A DNA stretch of 64,000 nt from Atractiella rhizophila (taxonomy: Eukaryota): the NCBI GenBank assembly GCA_021432655.1, contig MU271185.1:62001-126000 (forward strand), in the 5' to 3' direction. Both the position numbers and the translations under genes were made by a program. Below are positions 48,601-61,620 of the stretch, piece after piece. The notes under the pieces were generated by a model. That model was not told the origin of the DNA. It did not search any database and saw only the letters and a program-made list of their open reading frames with translations. The first letter of the stretch is position 1. Every line of letters begins with the position of its first letter.

Positions 48601-51214
48601 TCAGTTCGCAGATCTCGAATGTGTCTTTCGACGCTTTCAAGCCATTTCAGCCTGTCCCAAGTAAGAACTGGGCGATCAACGGGTTCCCAGTGATCAGAAT
48701 CGGAATCAAGAGTGATGATGAACTGCTGGGTACGATAGAAAGGTCCGAAAGCTTCGTCAAACGTAGACTTCGCTCTGGCACTGTCACTTCCTTTCGCTAC
48801 CCACAGACGCACAGGATTCCTTTCCACCTCAAAACGGCTCCAACCGGCATTCAGCAGTCCACAAATGACAAGGCCAATCGTGATGGTGAGATAGGCCCTC
48901 TTCGCACACCAAAACCCAAGATGGTAGAAACCGGAGGAGATAAAAGTGTTGATGGGATATGCTTTAGGTTGAGTATAATAGGAACCGACTGCTCCCACAT
49001 CTGAGGAATTGCGTGCACGGTTATTAGGCGACGGGGAGGAATCGAAGCCTGAGGAACCGGAAGGTGGACGAGCTGCGTTGCTCTGTTTGGGAGCGTCGAC
49101 CGGAACGATGCGTTGTGGAGCTGGCACAGGAGACCTCGAATGATCTCTGTTATCTTCCGAACCAGGAGCAGATGGATCTTCCATTGGAAGGCGATCGTAT
49201 CGATACCCATCAGAGATCGGCCGACTGCTGAAATCTGAACTCCAGCCACGACCCTTTCTTGCCGTCGCGGGATTTTCATTTCTCCACCGCTTCCATCCTT
49301 CAGTAATGGCGGCGCCTGCAAGGAAGCTGACCAATCCAACCGCGTAGATAATTACTAAAAAGAAGGCGAAACACGACATCTTCCCAACTCGACAAGTAGG
49401 TCCATCATCCGGTGCTGGTACTGGTGGCAGCGTGATGCAGACTTCTGGACAGTCGAGGCAGGAGCAACGAGCGTACAGCTCTGGTGCAGAACAAGAAAGT
49501 GCACCAGCGTCTAGTGGAATACTAGAGTTGACAGGGGGAGGGAAAGGCTGCTGAGGCGAGTCCGGTGGTGCAGGACGAACATCTGGAAATGAGATCTGAA
49601 ATGGTGATCCGAGCCCAGGCGATTCCTTTCCCAGAAAGCGAAACCATTCTTTGTAATTTCTTGCCCCAGGTCCAAGCACGTCCATGGCGTAGCCATTAGT
49701 TGCACCAAACTTGACATTCTTACAGCTGTCAAAAAATTTTGTTCCATAATTTGGATCGACGGTAAACGAGACCTCCTTCACGGCAAGCCCTTGTTTTCCT
49801 TCTGAAAGATCTTGTGTTCGGACGGCATCGAGGAAGAGAGATTGGTCCGGTGAACAAGTGAAGGAGCAGAAAAAGTTTCTGAAGTTGTTGAGGCAACCAG
49901 GACAAGTTCCCAGAATGAGTTCTGGAGTCGCAAAGTTGCTGGCTAATGTGTCGAGTTGAGATTCTGAACAGCATACTGAACTTGGTACAGAGAATGCTGG
50001 TCCACATATCCGACGCAATGACTCCTGGAATTCTGTGGAGGCCTACACCGCTTGGTTAGTAACCCGTTAGGACAGCTGAGAATAGTAAGGAGAGTTGGAG
50101 TTCTCTCTCTGGAAGCAGGACAACCATATTGTTACCGTCCATTGAAGTAGAATAACAACAACTGCGCGAGAAATAAAAGCAGCAGGCGGAAATTTCGCTT
50201 TATTGCAATCGAAAAAATCATGCCTGTTCAAGAGCGTAGACTCTCCGCACAAGCGTTCAAGACGTGAATGCTCAATCTTGAAAGACAGGCACAACGATAA
50301 TTCCGGTGTCCATAATTTGAACAAACGTCAATCGGCTAAAACCCTTAACAGAGCCAATACAATGCCCTCAGGACTTCGCGATCTTATCTCCTCCCGTTGA
50401 TCTGATTAACTGGGAAGGCTCGTTAGAACAAAAGCTAAATTTCAAATCCAAGGTAGTTGTGAAGCAACGAGACAGGACTGCCCCATTCCTTCGTTCTCCA
50501 CCGACAATAGTTCCTGCCTCCTACGACACCTGGCTTACGCTGACGATAGTTATACGGATAGGCAGAAATGGAGCGGCCCAAAGTAGGCTTGTCCTGAGAC
50601 TATCCCGGGAGCTTTTTATGCACTCCCTTCGCCATCTTTTCGTCCCCATACTTCTCGCCTTTCTCTTCTTCGAACATGCTGCGAATTGCGCTTGAGTATG
50701 AAGAAGTTATTGACAGTACGTTTGAGGACTGAGACTATTGGCAGTGTCGAGCGGGGAGAAAAGTAGTTCGAAGAAGTGGAGGAAGCCTTAAACATCGCTC
50801 TGTCTACTTTCAGGCATTGAAGTTGGAGGAAGCACATCTTTGAACGGTTGTTCCCTCCTCATCCTCTCCAGAACCTACTGCATCTTGCCACATTGGTGTT
50901 GACACATTCTACCTCTACGTTCGAATGTGACAAGACTTCACAGTGGACAGGACCTCCTCCAGCCCCATGACCCGTGGCTCATAAAAAGAATCTCTCCCAT
51001 TTCACATAAAAGAACGCACCTCTCTTGCCCTGCCATTATCCACGCAGGGTACACTAGCTCCGCTCCATCCCACCGTTCCGCAAGAATCGTACATCGCACA
51101 TCTTCCCTTCTCCTTCACAGCATCCCCCATCCTGCCCATCTCCACCGCTCCAACCGCTGCCAACATCCCAAAACTGACCCAACTGCCCAACCCCAAACTG
51201 TTCACACCAAACAT
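45650..51214 (-). CDS. NCR1: Niemann-Pick type C1 sterol transport protein (Ncr1/NPC1)
   Basis: Cys-rich N-terminal domain (CAMYDSCG, CPGCLNNFRNFFCSFTCSPDQS). Sterol-sensing domain (IAEVIPFLVLAIGVDNVFIL, MPAVRNFAIYA). C-terminal FPYSLFYVFFDQY and VGIAFEFCCHIARAF. Confidence 0.95.
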
Positions 51215-51519
51215 TCTTCCTTCAATCGGCGCTTGCAAAGTCGTAAAGCACGCGTTATGCGATGCAATATGCAATATGAAGACGTTGACTTTGACCGTTC
51301 TCTCCGAATCGTGTAATGCGTCGGAGGGGTGAACTTGGCTGTTGTCTGCTCGTCGTAATTATTGCATTGTAGTCGGGTCCTCCCTTCCCGAATCCGAAAC
51401 CGGCAGGTACACTGACGAAGTGGATCCTCTCCTATAAACAGATGACGAGTTCCAAAGCAACCGCCAACATTCCCTTCTCTCCCAAGCAGCAATAACACCA
51501 CCACGAGATACTCGAGATA

Positions 51520-54199
51520 ATGGCAGTTGACGAGGCAGAGAAGCCACGTCCCGTTCACTTGGTCGTAATCCTTCATGGTCTGCCTTTCTTTTCCTGGTCT
51601 CCTTTCCTGCATCAGAAGCAGCTAAGAGATGCAACAGGCCTCTGGGGAACAAGAGACCACATAGCCTACATTTCCCGAAGCGTCAAACGTGCTGCAGAGG
51701 ACAGATTAGCAAAAGAGGAGGAAGCAGCGGCAGCTCAAGAGGTCGGAGGGGAAGGGAGTAGTGTGAAGAGGAAGAAGGGGAAAGTCATCGTGCTGGAGGC
51801 AGCTGGTAATGAATGGACGAATACTTATGATGGTCCGTCATTTCTTCCTTCAGCTAGTGAAGATGAAGGAGTGCGAGCTGTTTTCGAGCTTGATAAGCCT
51901 TGATATCGAGAGAAAGGCCGCGTCACATTAGGGTCTAATGATGCCAGCCTCTCATTGAAGTTATCTTCTGGTATCCGTGTCAATAAATTGCCTAGGAGCG
52001 ATACGACAAAACAATTTGTTCAGTCTTCATATTCTCTCTAGTTTGCCGTTCCGACCGTTGATGAGCCAGAGACAGAAGTGTTTCTTCCGTCTGACTGCTT
52101 CGTTCCCAAATGAACTACCATTCTGACGATATCTCGACAGGCATCGACTTCTGCGCGCACCGTGTGCAGGAAGAGATCATATCCACAATTTCCGCCTTAC
52201 ACTCGCCCTCTCCACTTACCGAGCTCTCGGCATCAGCCGTGCCTCCAAACCCAAACGTCAAGGGTTACTCGACAGCTTTGCCGCCGTTCGACATGATGAA
52301 GGAGCAGCTAGAAGGAGAGGAAGATGGCCCATGGCGTGTTGAGAAGTTCACTCTGGTAGGTTACAGTCTCGGTGGACTCAGTGAGCAACCTTTGTCGTTC
52401 GTTCGTCAAATTCCTTATCGTAGGTCGATGCAGTCGCGCGTTACGTTTTGGGCATTTTGGAAAACGAATCGATCACCTCTCTCTTTCCCAATGGCAAACT
52501 GCCTGAAGATTTGGAAGGAAAGGAAAAGGACCATTTCTTTGATTTGGTCAAACCGCTCAACTTCGCGACGTTTGCCACACCACATATCGGTATGTGCAAC
52601 GCATTCCTTGTCCTTCCTCCTAGGTTGATAGAACCCGACAACAGGAATTCCTCGCTACAAAGGATTCGGATCCCGGTTCTTCACCTTCTTTGGCGCGAGA
52701 TTATTGTCTCGCACAGGTCCTCAGCTATACGCTCAAGACAACTTTGGACCGACCGCAAAATCGGAGGGGAAATCGTTGCCTCTCCTTGAGGTCATGTCTG
52801 AACCTGGCACCTCTTTCCACACCGCCTTGAGCAGATTTAGACATATTAGCATTTATGCCAATGCTGTCAATGACATGACAGGTCAATCCTCTCAGTTATC
52901 CTTTCCTGCCTACGCAGCTCATAGAAACGTCGCAGTTACATTCCCAACAGGATCCATAGAGGAAACGGATTGGTTCGCCGCTGCAGGATGGAAGAGTCGG
53001 TCAGTTGACTTTCTGCTCGCAGCGCCTCAAGATTAATACCTCTCGCATTCGTTGATGCAGAAAGGCACGACGGGAACGATTGAAAGCAGTAGGACGGGAC
53101 TCGGCAGAAGGAGAGGGTGTCGCCGGACCAGAAGAAGGTGAAAAAACGGCTGAGCGATATCGCTGGGGATGGGGTAACCTAGAATGGGGAGGAGTCGCCG
53201 TGTTCGTCGTTCTCCCTTTCTTTCTTCTAGCTAACAGAGAACAGAGAGGAGGATCCAGTCTACGCCCCGCTCCTGAAATCGTACAGTATCATTGAGCCGT
53301 CTATCCCTCCTTTCGAGAAATTAAGTGAAGAAGAGGAAGGAAAATGTCGTAGGAAGAATAAAGGGAAGTGGAAGCGGTTCATCCCTCGTCCTCCTGGACT
53401 TCTGCGTCCCAGTAGCTATCCCTTCCGAGCACCGCTAAACTATCTCGTCGTAATCTTCCTGCCAGTAGTGTTTCCTGGATTTTTGCTCTGCACGTCATCC
53501 CTTCGTTCATAGAAAACCTTTTGACACGAATTCTAGACCTCATAGGGCAGTTCCTATTGCAGGGAAGGCAGTCTCGTGGTCGCATTAGAGAATTGAAGAC
53601 ACTAGATCACCTGTCGACGGAAGAGAAGAGGTTGACACGCGTCGGCGTAGTTCTGTCTCAAATCTCTGACAACGCGAAGCAAGCTGTCGCAGGAGTGATA
53701 GACGCTCTCCAGCCCGCTGCGGTTGCCGAATCAGACGAAACACTCGCTTCTCCAAAGCCCTCCTCCGCTCCTCTTCGTCGGCGCAGCACTGTTACCTCAC
53801 GGAACATCGATCTCTCTGGTTTCGATGTTGGTGGCACGTCTGGTTATGAGACCCCTCCACTAAGCACCGGTGGAGGAGGGACCGAGGAAGACGGCAACTG
53901 GAGTCCAATACTCTCGGAATGTCAGAAAAGGATCGTGACTAACATGAACGGGAGCCTGAAGCAATTGAAGAAGTTTTATGCTTACTTTCCGTATATTCGC
54001 AATGCCCAGTGAGTCGTCTCTCTTAGGGTCACTCATATCGTTCAATCTTAATTAACAGTGGAGCTATCATTTGCCGAGATGAAAAGTTTGAATGGCATCA
54101 GGCTGGAAAACGGGTCGTTGACCATTTTGTGAGCATTTCTTCTTGTGGCGGAAGAATATTATGATGACACAACTTCAGACGGATCATTTAGAATTGTGA
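51520..54199 (+). CDS. DUF676 putative serine esterase/lipase (Rog1/Lpl1-like)
   Basis: VHLVVILHGLWG, NTYDGID, nucleophile elbow GYSLGGL, FATFATPHIG, LSRTGPQL, YANAVNDMTV. Multi-exon. Confidence 0.85.
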
Positions 54200-54779
54200 T
54201 CTCAATGGACTTAACTTTAATGCTCACATGTTGATACAGTTACTCTCGGCATATAGCTCACACAGGTAATTATATATGAAGTTTTGTGGCCAGACCTTTT
54301 GCACCGACATCCAAATTCAGCTCGCCCCAGGGCAATTGATTGGCCTGTGTTCGTAGTCTGATCCAACAAATGCCACAAGTGGCCAACGAGCACCAACAAC
54401 CAATAAACGAAACGAAAGCTGTCATATAATCCTGGCTTACCCAGTGAGTACACCTTGTCTCGGAAGCATCAGTTCGCTTAATAAGTAGCCAGGACGCTAT
54501 ATATTAGCAGTTTAGTTTCCCCAGATATTGGAGCCATGTTCGGTATCGTTCTTCCCCGCCCAGAACGTCCTCATTGTCGCCGCGATGGATACGAACCTTT
54601 CTTCAACTGATCCCAGTGGGGCAAGCTCCACGAAAACTTGAAGATTGGTTCCTCTCCCTATATAATTGCGGCTCGCTAGGATGGTGTGCCAAGCTGAGGA
54701 GCATATAAAAGCAAGCAACTTGAGTTCAAAGTAACAAATATTTTTCCATTCTCTCCTTCACACCATTTTCTGCTTTATT

Positions 54780-56040
54780 ATGATTCAGGCTAACGAGCAG
54801 CTAAGCTTTGCCGTAGACGATGATACTGCGAAGAAGCTTACCACACTTACTCAAACAGAACTTCAGGCAGCAGGTCGCCACTTCTACATCGATTACCGGG
54901 ATAAAGGAGAGCAAGTCCTCACGGCAGGACGGTACGGAGGTGCTTGCGATGCTTATTTCTATATTGACCCTCCGTCTGGGGACTTCCTCCCTTGGCCATC
55001 CGACCTAATAATGATAGCCCTCTGGTCTACACTCCTCTCGACCCTGCCAAAGAATGGCAGTTGGCCAAGATGCTTTCGAACTGAACGATTTCTGGTGGGG
55101 ACAATGGTGCATGAGAATTCTCAGACGTAAATATAAGTTGATCGAGGTTTAGGTACCACTTGGTTTCTACACACGAGGTCGTAGACTTGGTTTACGAGGT
55201 TGCTGTTAGGTCATTCAGCGTTGACCATCCTCTTTTCGCAGTCATGACACGTCGTACGTCTTCTCGCGCTGCCCATGTCTTGTATCCTCATTTCCTTAAA
55301 TAGCATACCAGACCTTCGCTTCCCACGTCAGTGCGATCAACACCCTCATTAACGTGGGTGGTCCGTCGATAACCATTTTGCTTGGAACGGGTCGACTGCT
55401 GGGTCATACGCAACGAAGCTTTATTGGAATCAGGCTGCACCGTGGAAGTCAAACTACTTCGCTACACACCTCGCAAACCGCGGTCTCATCCACAGTAAAT
55501 TCGGGCCGGAACTCAAGAGCTTTCCTTTCTTTGACGACGACTCTGTGATCCACAAGAGCATCAGTTATTCTTCACCTAATTCCTTGCTTCCTACTACGCC
55601 AACGATAGCGTCCTCCTCGACGATGACGAGCTCCAGACCTTTGTTTTCGAAGGAGCAACGGCGAATATTGTCGACTTTCCTACCGAGTTTACCTCGCGTT
55701 CCGAGCTTGTCGACACGCTCACCCACTTCGCCTACCTCGCATCCGTCCTCCACGGCACTCTCAACGGGAACGTTCCCGTGCACTCCACCGCTTCTCTGCC
55801 TCTCCATCCTTCTGCTTTTTACTCCGCTCTGCCTTCCGAAAGGGGGTCGCGGACCTCACCCCTTTCATGCCCAACCTCACTCAGGCTATCGGACAGATCG
55901 TCCTCCTCTCCGCTTTTAATCGTTCCTTCTTAGAAAACGGAAACAGGACCCTCAGCCAGATGTTCAATGATGACCAGCTGTTAGATCGGTCGAACCAGCA
56001 CGTTCGATATGCTGCTCAGACCTTCAACAATGAGATGAGA
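54780..56040 (+). pseudogene. Fungal (Mn-type) lipoxygenase fragment, frameshifted and truncated at both ends
   Basis: GRYGGACDAYFYI, FLPLAIRPN (frameshifted), YTPLDPAKEWQLAKM, WYHLVSTHEV, HGTLNG, LPLHP, QIVLLSAFNR, RTLSQMF. No N-terminus and no C-terminal metal-ligand tail. Confidence 0.75.
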
Positions 56041-56057
56041 ATAGGGTAGATACGAAC

Positions 56058-56732
56058 CATGGTGCCTATCCACTCCCTGGCATGAACAGTACCGTGCCAA
56101 ACAACAGCGGGCTTCACTCCGGCACCGCTAGACCCAAAGATCTGAACGCCAGTGATGTTCCTTCCTTGTAAAGAGGTGCCGGTAGACACCAGCCTAGCAT
56201 TGTTAGGATATGTGCGGACGAGGTCGGAGAGGAAGGTAAGATGGTCAGCGTAAGAGTGATAGGAGGTGAACCAGGTGGGACTGGCCAACCCAACTGTCCA
56301 TTCAGTTATTAGTTTCAACTTTGGATGAGGAAGAGAATCTAACGCACCTCTAGCGTTAGACACGGGTCTATCAGACCCCTCACTCTCCTTCCTTATGCTC
56401 TCGCCCAGATCCTCGTGCATCGTCAGAATCCCCGCCTTCCTGTTTCCAGTTCCATATCCGCTGCTAGAAAGCAGCGCATTGACCTCTCCTACGAACGCGT
56501 CGTACTTCTCTGGTGAAACCTGGACGTCGACATTGGAGTTAGGAGCGAAGTGGTGCGTCCACAGCTCCACGCCATGTTTGTCGACGATGGCAGAGAGCGA
56601 GTCGGCGAAGGCTTGGGTGGACGTCGGTATGCGGAGGACCTTCACTCCGTCGTATTGAGCGGTTGGATCAGAGGTCGTGGTGGGGGCCGCGAGGGCGAAG
56701 GCGAATAGGGACAGGAGTGAGAGGAGATGCAT
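56058..56732 (-). pseudogene. Secreted zinc carboxypeptidase A (M14), 3'-truncated
   Basis: Signal peptide MHLLSLLSLFAFALA, prodomain YDGVKVLRI, WFTSYHSYADH, GTSLQGRNI, VVWHGTVHAREWI. The next intron runs straight into the lipoxygenase relic. Confidence 0.8.
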
Positions 56733-57287
56733 CGCGGCGAGCCCTTTTGCGATTGATTCCCAGACGACGTTACAAGTTCGAAGTGGAAACTTGCAAGGAT
56801 GGTGCTAAGAGACCAGCCCTTTTATGTGTGCAGCCTGAATTACAACGTGAGGATTAACCTGATGGTGAGACGACAGGAGCGCAAGGCGAATGCTTGGTGG
56901 TTGTCGTTTGGCGCAAAGCGGGAACGCTAGCGCTGTACAAAGTGATCCCTGCAATTTGATCGGAGACAACGAGCATCGCGCTATTGTTGCAACAGCACAC
57001 AACAAACTGATAGTGCTTGAGTGATTTATCAGGTAGTCAATTGATTGGTGGTAGACGAAACCTGGAGACACGAGTTTGGGATTGCTGATTGAGTTCAATC
57101 ATTATATTGCGAAATTCTGCTGCGGATAAGGCATATTCGGGATAACCAGTTATGATTATGACTCCGGGATGCCTACAGGCGAAAATAATCCTTCAATTAT
57201 CATTCTGTGGAAACTCTGACAGCATAGCGATTGCATATTGCACACTTGTTACGTATTCTTACTTTACATAGGCACCTTCTTCAGCGC

Positions 57288-58741
57288 TCAGCTCTTCGTC
57301 AAGTATGTACCTTCGTTTTGACCCTTCAGAACGTTCGTGTAGCTACCATCGTAATTTGTCTTCCTCTGCATCCAACTTTCAGCTTCTACAGGAGGTTGAG
57401 GGAAGGACACACCATCCATTCCTCGACAGACTTGACCCTGTTGGGATGTATCCTATCCATGAGTTCATAGTCCCTCACAGATCCATCCATCCTCCTGGTC
57501 ACCATACAATTCAGTCAAGCCCGCGAGAGAAGGAAAAAAGCTGACCACCATGTCCACCATCCGTCAAAATTCTGTCGCCATGTCATGCCAGTGTTGGTAG
57601 CCTGCCCCTTTCCCACCTGTTATGGAATCAGTAATCAGTCAAATAGCTAACAAATTGCAGTATGTAGAAGCCACCCACTTTAATATCCGCAAAGTTCGCG
57701 GTCCTGGAACTGTTCGCGGGATCCTCCTCGACATAAACTGCAGGCTTGCCCGTCACCTAATATCCATCGACGTCAACAACTGACTTTGCGTTGGAATTGA
57801 ACAAAAAGGCGCACCTTTGTGAAGGCTTTAGCGATATCTTCACCAGTTGCATGGCAGGTTGCAGTCCGAATGTGCTTGTACGAGCTTTCCTTCGGGTTAT
57901 CTAAGATCCATTTGGCATAGAAACCCTAAGAACCACGTCAGAAAGGTTAATGCGGGATGAGAGGACGCTGCTCGTACCAGATCCTCAACATAGATGAAGG
58001 GAAGTGTTCCCGTTTTGCCGAGTGGATACGCAAATTCGTACGTGCCGTCTTCTCTCCTGGTGGGTAACAATCCCTCAGTGAGCATATCAATGTATGGTCT
58101 GTCAACACAGAAGGCTCGTCAGTGTTGGATAGCAGGATTGAATAAATCGAGAATAGTTTACCCAGAACCTAAGACTGTCCAGTATCGGTCCCCAATGTCT
58201 TCAGGGCTGAAACTCTTAAGGAACTGGGTCACGCGTCCCTTCCCATCCATGTGTCCGGAAGCCGCCTCCTTCTTCCACCCGCTCAACAAGGAATTATAAT
58301 CGATAGCGGACCAGACGAAGTGTTGGACTCCCGCACGCTGCGCGAGCTGTTCCAAACCGGATCAATACTTACAACGTGAGCAGGAAGGAAATTACCTCGA
58401 AGATCCTGATACCGAAATACACCTCATGCATTTCTCCCAACACGAAGCCATCCAGGTTGACCACTGCTCCGTACGCTCCTTCGAGAGCTTTCTCTAACAA
58501 ACTTTCGTCTCCCACGTCCCCTTGGATGAGTTCCACGTTCGGACCGTAAGCGAGGAGGGATTGTGCTTGTGTTGAGGTTGTTGAACGCGTCAGGACGCGA
58601 ACGTGGTAGGAAGTGGCGAGGTGTTTGACCATGGGTCGTCCCTGTGCTCCTAAACTCCAAACGCTTAGTGTTATCAACTAACTTCAGGAGGAGTTGCATA
58701 CCTGTGCCACCAATGACGAGGACTGTCTTGAGGTTCGACAT
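57288..58741 (-). CDS. NmrA-like NAD(P)-binding protein
   Basis: KTVLVIGGTGAQG, HVRVLTRS, LEGAYGAVVNLDGF, GVQHFVWS, GHMDGKGRV, LPFIYVEDL, IHPNRVKSVEEWM. Confidence 0.88.
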
Positions 58742-60129
58742 GTTGATTGCTTGGATTCGATTGCTTTCTTGTTGGTGAGCTCCTTGGGAACTCTTCCCTT
58801 TTATACTGGGACTAGAGTCTTGCAAGTCCAGCTCCCAACATCGATCTGCAACTGCTGAAGTCTGACAGCCTTCAGAAGCCGCGCACCGCCAGGTACTCGT
58901 AATACTATGCAATCTTCACTTTGTTCATCCAAGTTGAAGGCCTCTCCTCACTTCACTACTTGGCCGCACGCCGCGCACCGAAATTGAGGACTTTGATTGG
59001 CTTATGAATTGATCAGCCGCGGGAAACCTCCTCCTAACCTCGCACCTCGATGCAAGCTTTGAAGGCAGCGGTAGCAAGTGCCGCAACATGACGTGCGTGT
59101 GTATGGCAGACTCCGTTCTTGAGAAGCGCCGTGTGCTCTGGACGGGGAGGGATGCCACGGCTTCGAAGTAATGCATTATAGCAGGGGACTGATGCGTCCC
59201 TTCTCTTGCTCCCCGCTTCGGCCATCAATGAGATCGCCAGTCTCCGAGACAACACAAGACAACTGGTAGAATTCGATAGGAAGACAAATTTGTCAATGAT
59301 GCTCACAGAGCGTGAGTGAGAGTGAGAGTGAGTTAAGGTGAACTCGTTCCTTTCACATGACCCGCGGTGGTCATTCCCCTCATCCTCATTCTGTGTCACG
59401 GCCTGTGGCAAGACAAAGAGAGCATGAGTTACATGCCATTACAACTGCAATATTCAGGTAACGAGAATGAATAGGCCGCTGTAAGAATGATGACATAAAC
59501 GAACAGTGTTACACACTTCGGTAATAATGCAACAGGATGTTCCGAGGATGCCCTACAGACATACTATGGACTTGTCCGCGTCAACAGGATACAATGTCCT
59601 TCAGCTGCCATCATGCGAATTCCTTCAACTTTAGCTGCCATACAAGCCTGACCACTCCGTAGGGCACTCACCTGGGATAGATACGAATAGACCGCAAACA
59701 GCTACCCTTTACAACCCCATTTCCTTGTGATGGAACAGATCCCACACTCAAATATTGGTACTTGTAGTTCCAGAAGTAGTTCCCGTACTTTGCTATTAGA
59801 GAGATCGGTATTGCGGATGTACACGGTATTACATCACGTCCAAGGCGGGATCACGCTGGCACTGAACCCTCGACATTCAGCTCAAGAACAACGCGGCTGA
59901 AAATCGCTGGGCAAGAGTTACTGATCGAGAATTTGAGGAGAGTCTAAAACATGCTAACCATTTGGGAAAGGAGGAGGCAGCCATGGAGCGAAATTTCACC
60001 AGTCGAACGCAGCCAAGGTCTCACTCGAAGCTTTGCTCGAAGGCTCCACCCTTACGGACGATTGGACAACAGATGCCGCCAGCAGTATTATAGGTCACGT
60101 CGTCCTATCCCCTATCTTAGAGTTCAGTG

Positions 60130-60555
60130 TTGGTGATGGCGACCATATTGAGGACTGGTCCATCGTGGAGATCGACTCTGCGAGCGTCGATTGGACCAAC
60201 GTGTAGGGAACGTCATCGACCTCGGTCCTCACATCCGTCATAGACATGACTTACGATGGAGCGATCCTCTTTCCGGTATCCCACGGACCGCCTCGTCGCC
60301 TTCCAAGGCATCCTCAACGATGAGGAGATGAGGAGTCCCAACCCCAAGACTGACGAGGACAGAAGGAGAACGATCCTGCCGTGATTCATATCAAGCGTGA
60401 CAACAAGACGGTTTCACCGTTGGACGTCTCAACACCATCCGGTCCGTCATGCGATACAACTTCGAGGGAAACTCTGACAGTCCAGTCGAGAAGTCTCCAT
60501 CTTGCCTCACTACTCAAAGTCTGGCCTCTGTTCCTTCTCTGAACCTGGGGATCCC
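60130..60555 (+). pseudogene. Fragment of a basidiomycete trypsin-like peptidase-fold family protein
   Basis: Across frameshifts: EDWSIVEID, GNVIDLG, FRYPTDRL..QGILNDEEMRSP, TVGRLNTIRS, SILPHYSKSG..FSEPGD. This resembles the DWALIE/GNVIDLG/FSxxGDSG family. Confidence 0.5.
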
Positions 60556-61289
60556 AATATTCAGTATGTGCATCCAGCTGAAATATTGGAAAGAGCCGAT
60601 AACCATGGCGATCATGATGGTTATGCTATTACGTGGATTATACAAGGTCCTGGTCAGTATTTGCCACATTTGGTGAACTCATCCTTCTTCTTATTACAAA
60701 GTGGTGAGCATCATTTCTCAACAAATGGGAAGATGTGGACGATTTCTGCTCCACATCTTCAGAGTCTTCAACTTTTGCCCTCAACTGTGTGTCATTAGTG
60801 ACCAGTTGCAAGCCACCCGAGTCAGACTCAAGTGGATTATATGCGAATGTCCAGTGGGGAGTCATTTCTTACACCTTGTTGTTGGATCTCCTGGTCGTTT
60901 TAATTGACCCAAAACAAAATGTGGCATGGGACCTCCTTTGTTGATGTTTCCATACGAGAGGCAGAAACTTTTAATGCATGCTCTTCGATTTCCCATCTGG
61001 TGAGGTGTAAAGAGATGCCACATGCCACACTTTTTGATTAATCCCTGCTAAGTGTCTTGCTCTTCTGACCTGCGGCGAGGATGTTGTTTGGCGACATGAA
61101 ATGTGGTACAGTAGAGGATATGATCAAAGACGGTTCTAGTTTACCCAAAGCGCTTGACTCCTTAGCCTGACACCTGCTTGTCTGTTTTCTGTCCCTCGAA
61201 TTCAGTTGCAAGCCGCACACAGCGACCATTCCTCCGCTTTCCCTCCTCATCCGCAAGATATTCGTGATGAGCCGTCTCCCCACTCCATC

Positions 61290-61298
61290 TATAAAAAG
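61290..61298 (+). promoter_or_regulatory. Probable TATA box of the small secreted peptide gene
   Basis: CTATAAAAA lies ~80 bp upstream of the ATG at 61374. Confidence 0.45.
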
Positions 61299-61373
61299 CT
61301 CCTTTCCGGCCATAAAAGCGGATTTCTGTGGCCTTCTCCTTCCCAAGAAAAGCAAGAAACAAGAATCACAATC

Positions 61374-61620
61374 ATGAAGTTCTTGATCCCTCTCGCTAGC
61401 GTCTTTGTAACCCTACTCTCTATGGTTGCTGCCAACCCCGGCATGGAACTCCTTGAACACGGAGGCAAAAACGTCTGGGTCAAGAAAGAGTTGTTGGAGA
61501 AACGTTGCACTAAATGTGATCACGGTACCTGTGCACCTAGTTGCACCATTGTACGTGACTTCTTGCATATCATTCGACAGCCACGAATCTGAATGGGTAT
61601 CGTAGTGCATCGAGTGTTAG
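61374..61620 (+). CDS. Small secreted prepropeptide with a Kex2 site and a 19-aa, 6-Cys mature peptide
   Basis: Signal MKFLIPLASVFVTLLSMVAA, propeptide ending LEKR, then CTKCDHGTCAPSCTI, a 55-nt intron (61551-61605, GTACGT..TAG), then CIEC*. Confidence 0.75.

Noticed and set aside
61374..61620. Lipopeptide mating pheromone precursor
   Set aside because: It has a classical signal peptide, no repeated pheromone units, and CIEC is not a typical CaaX box.
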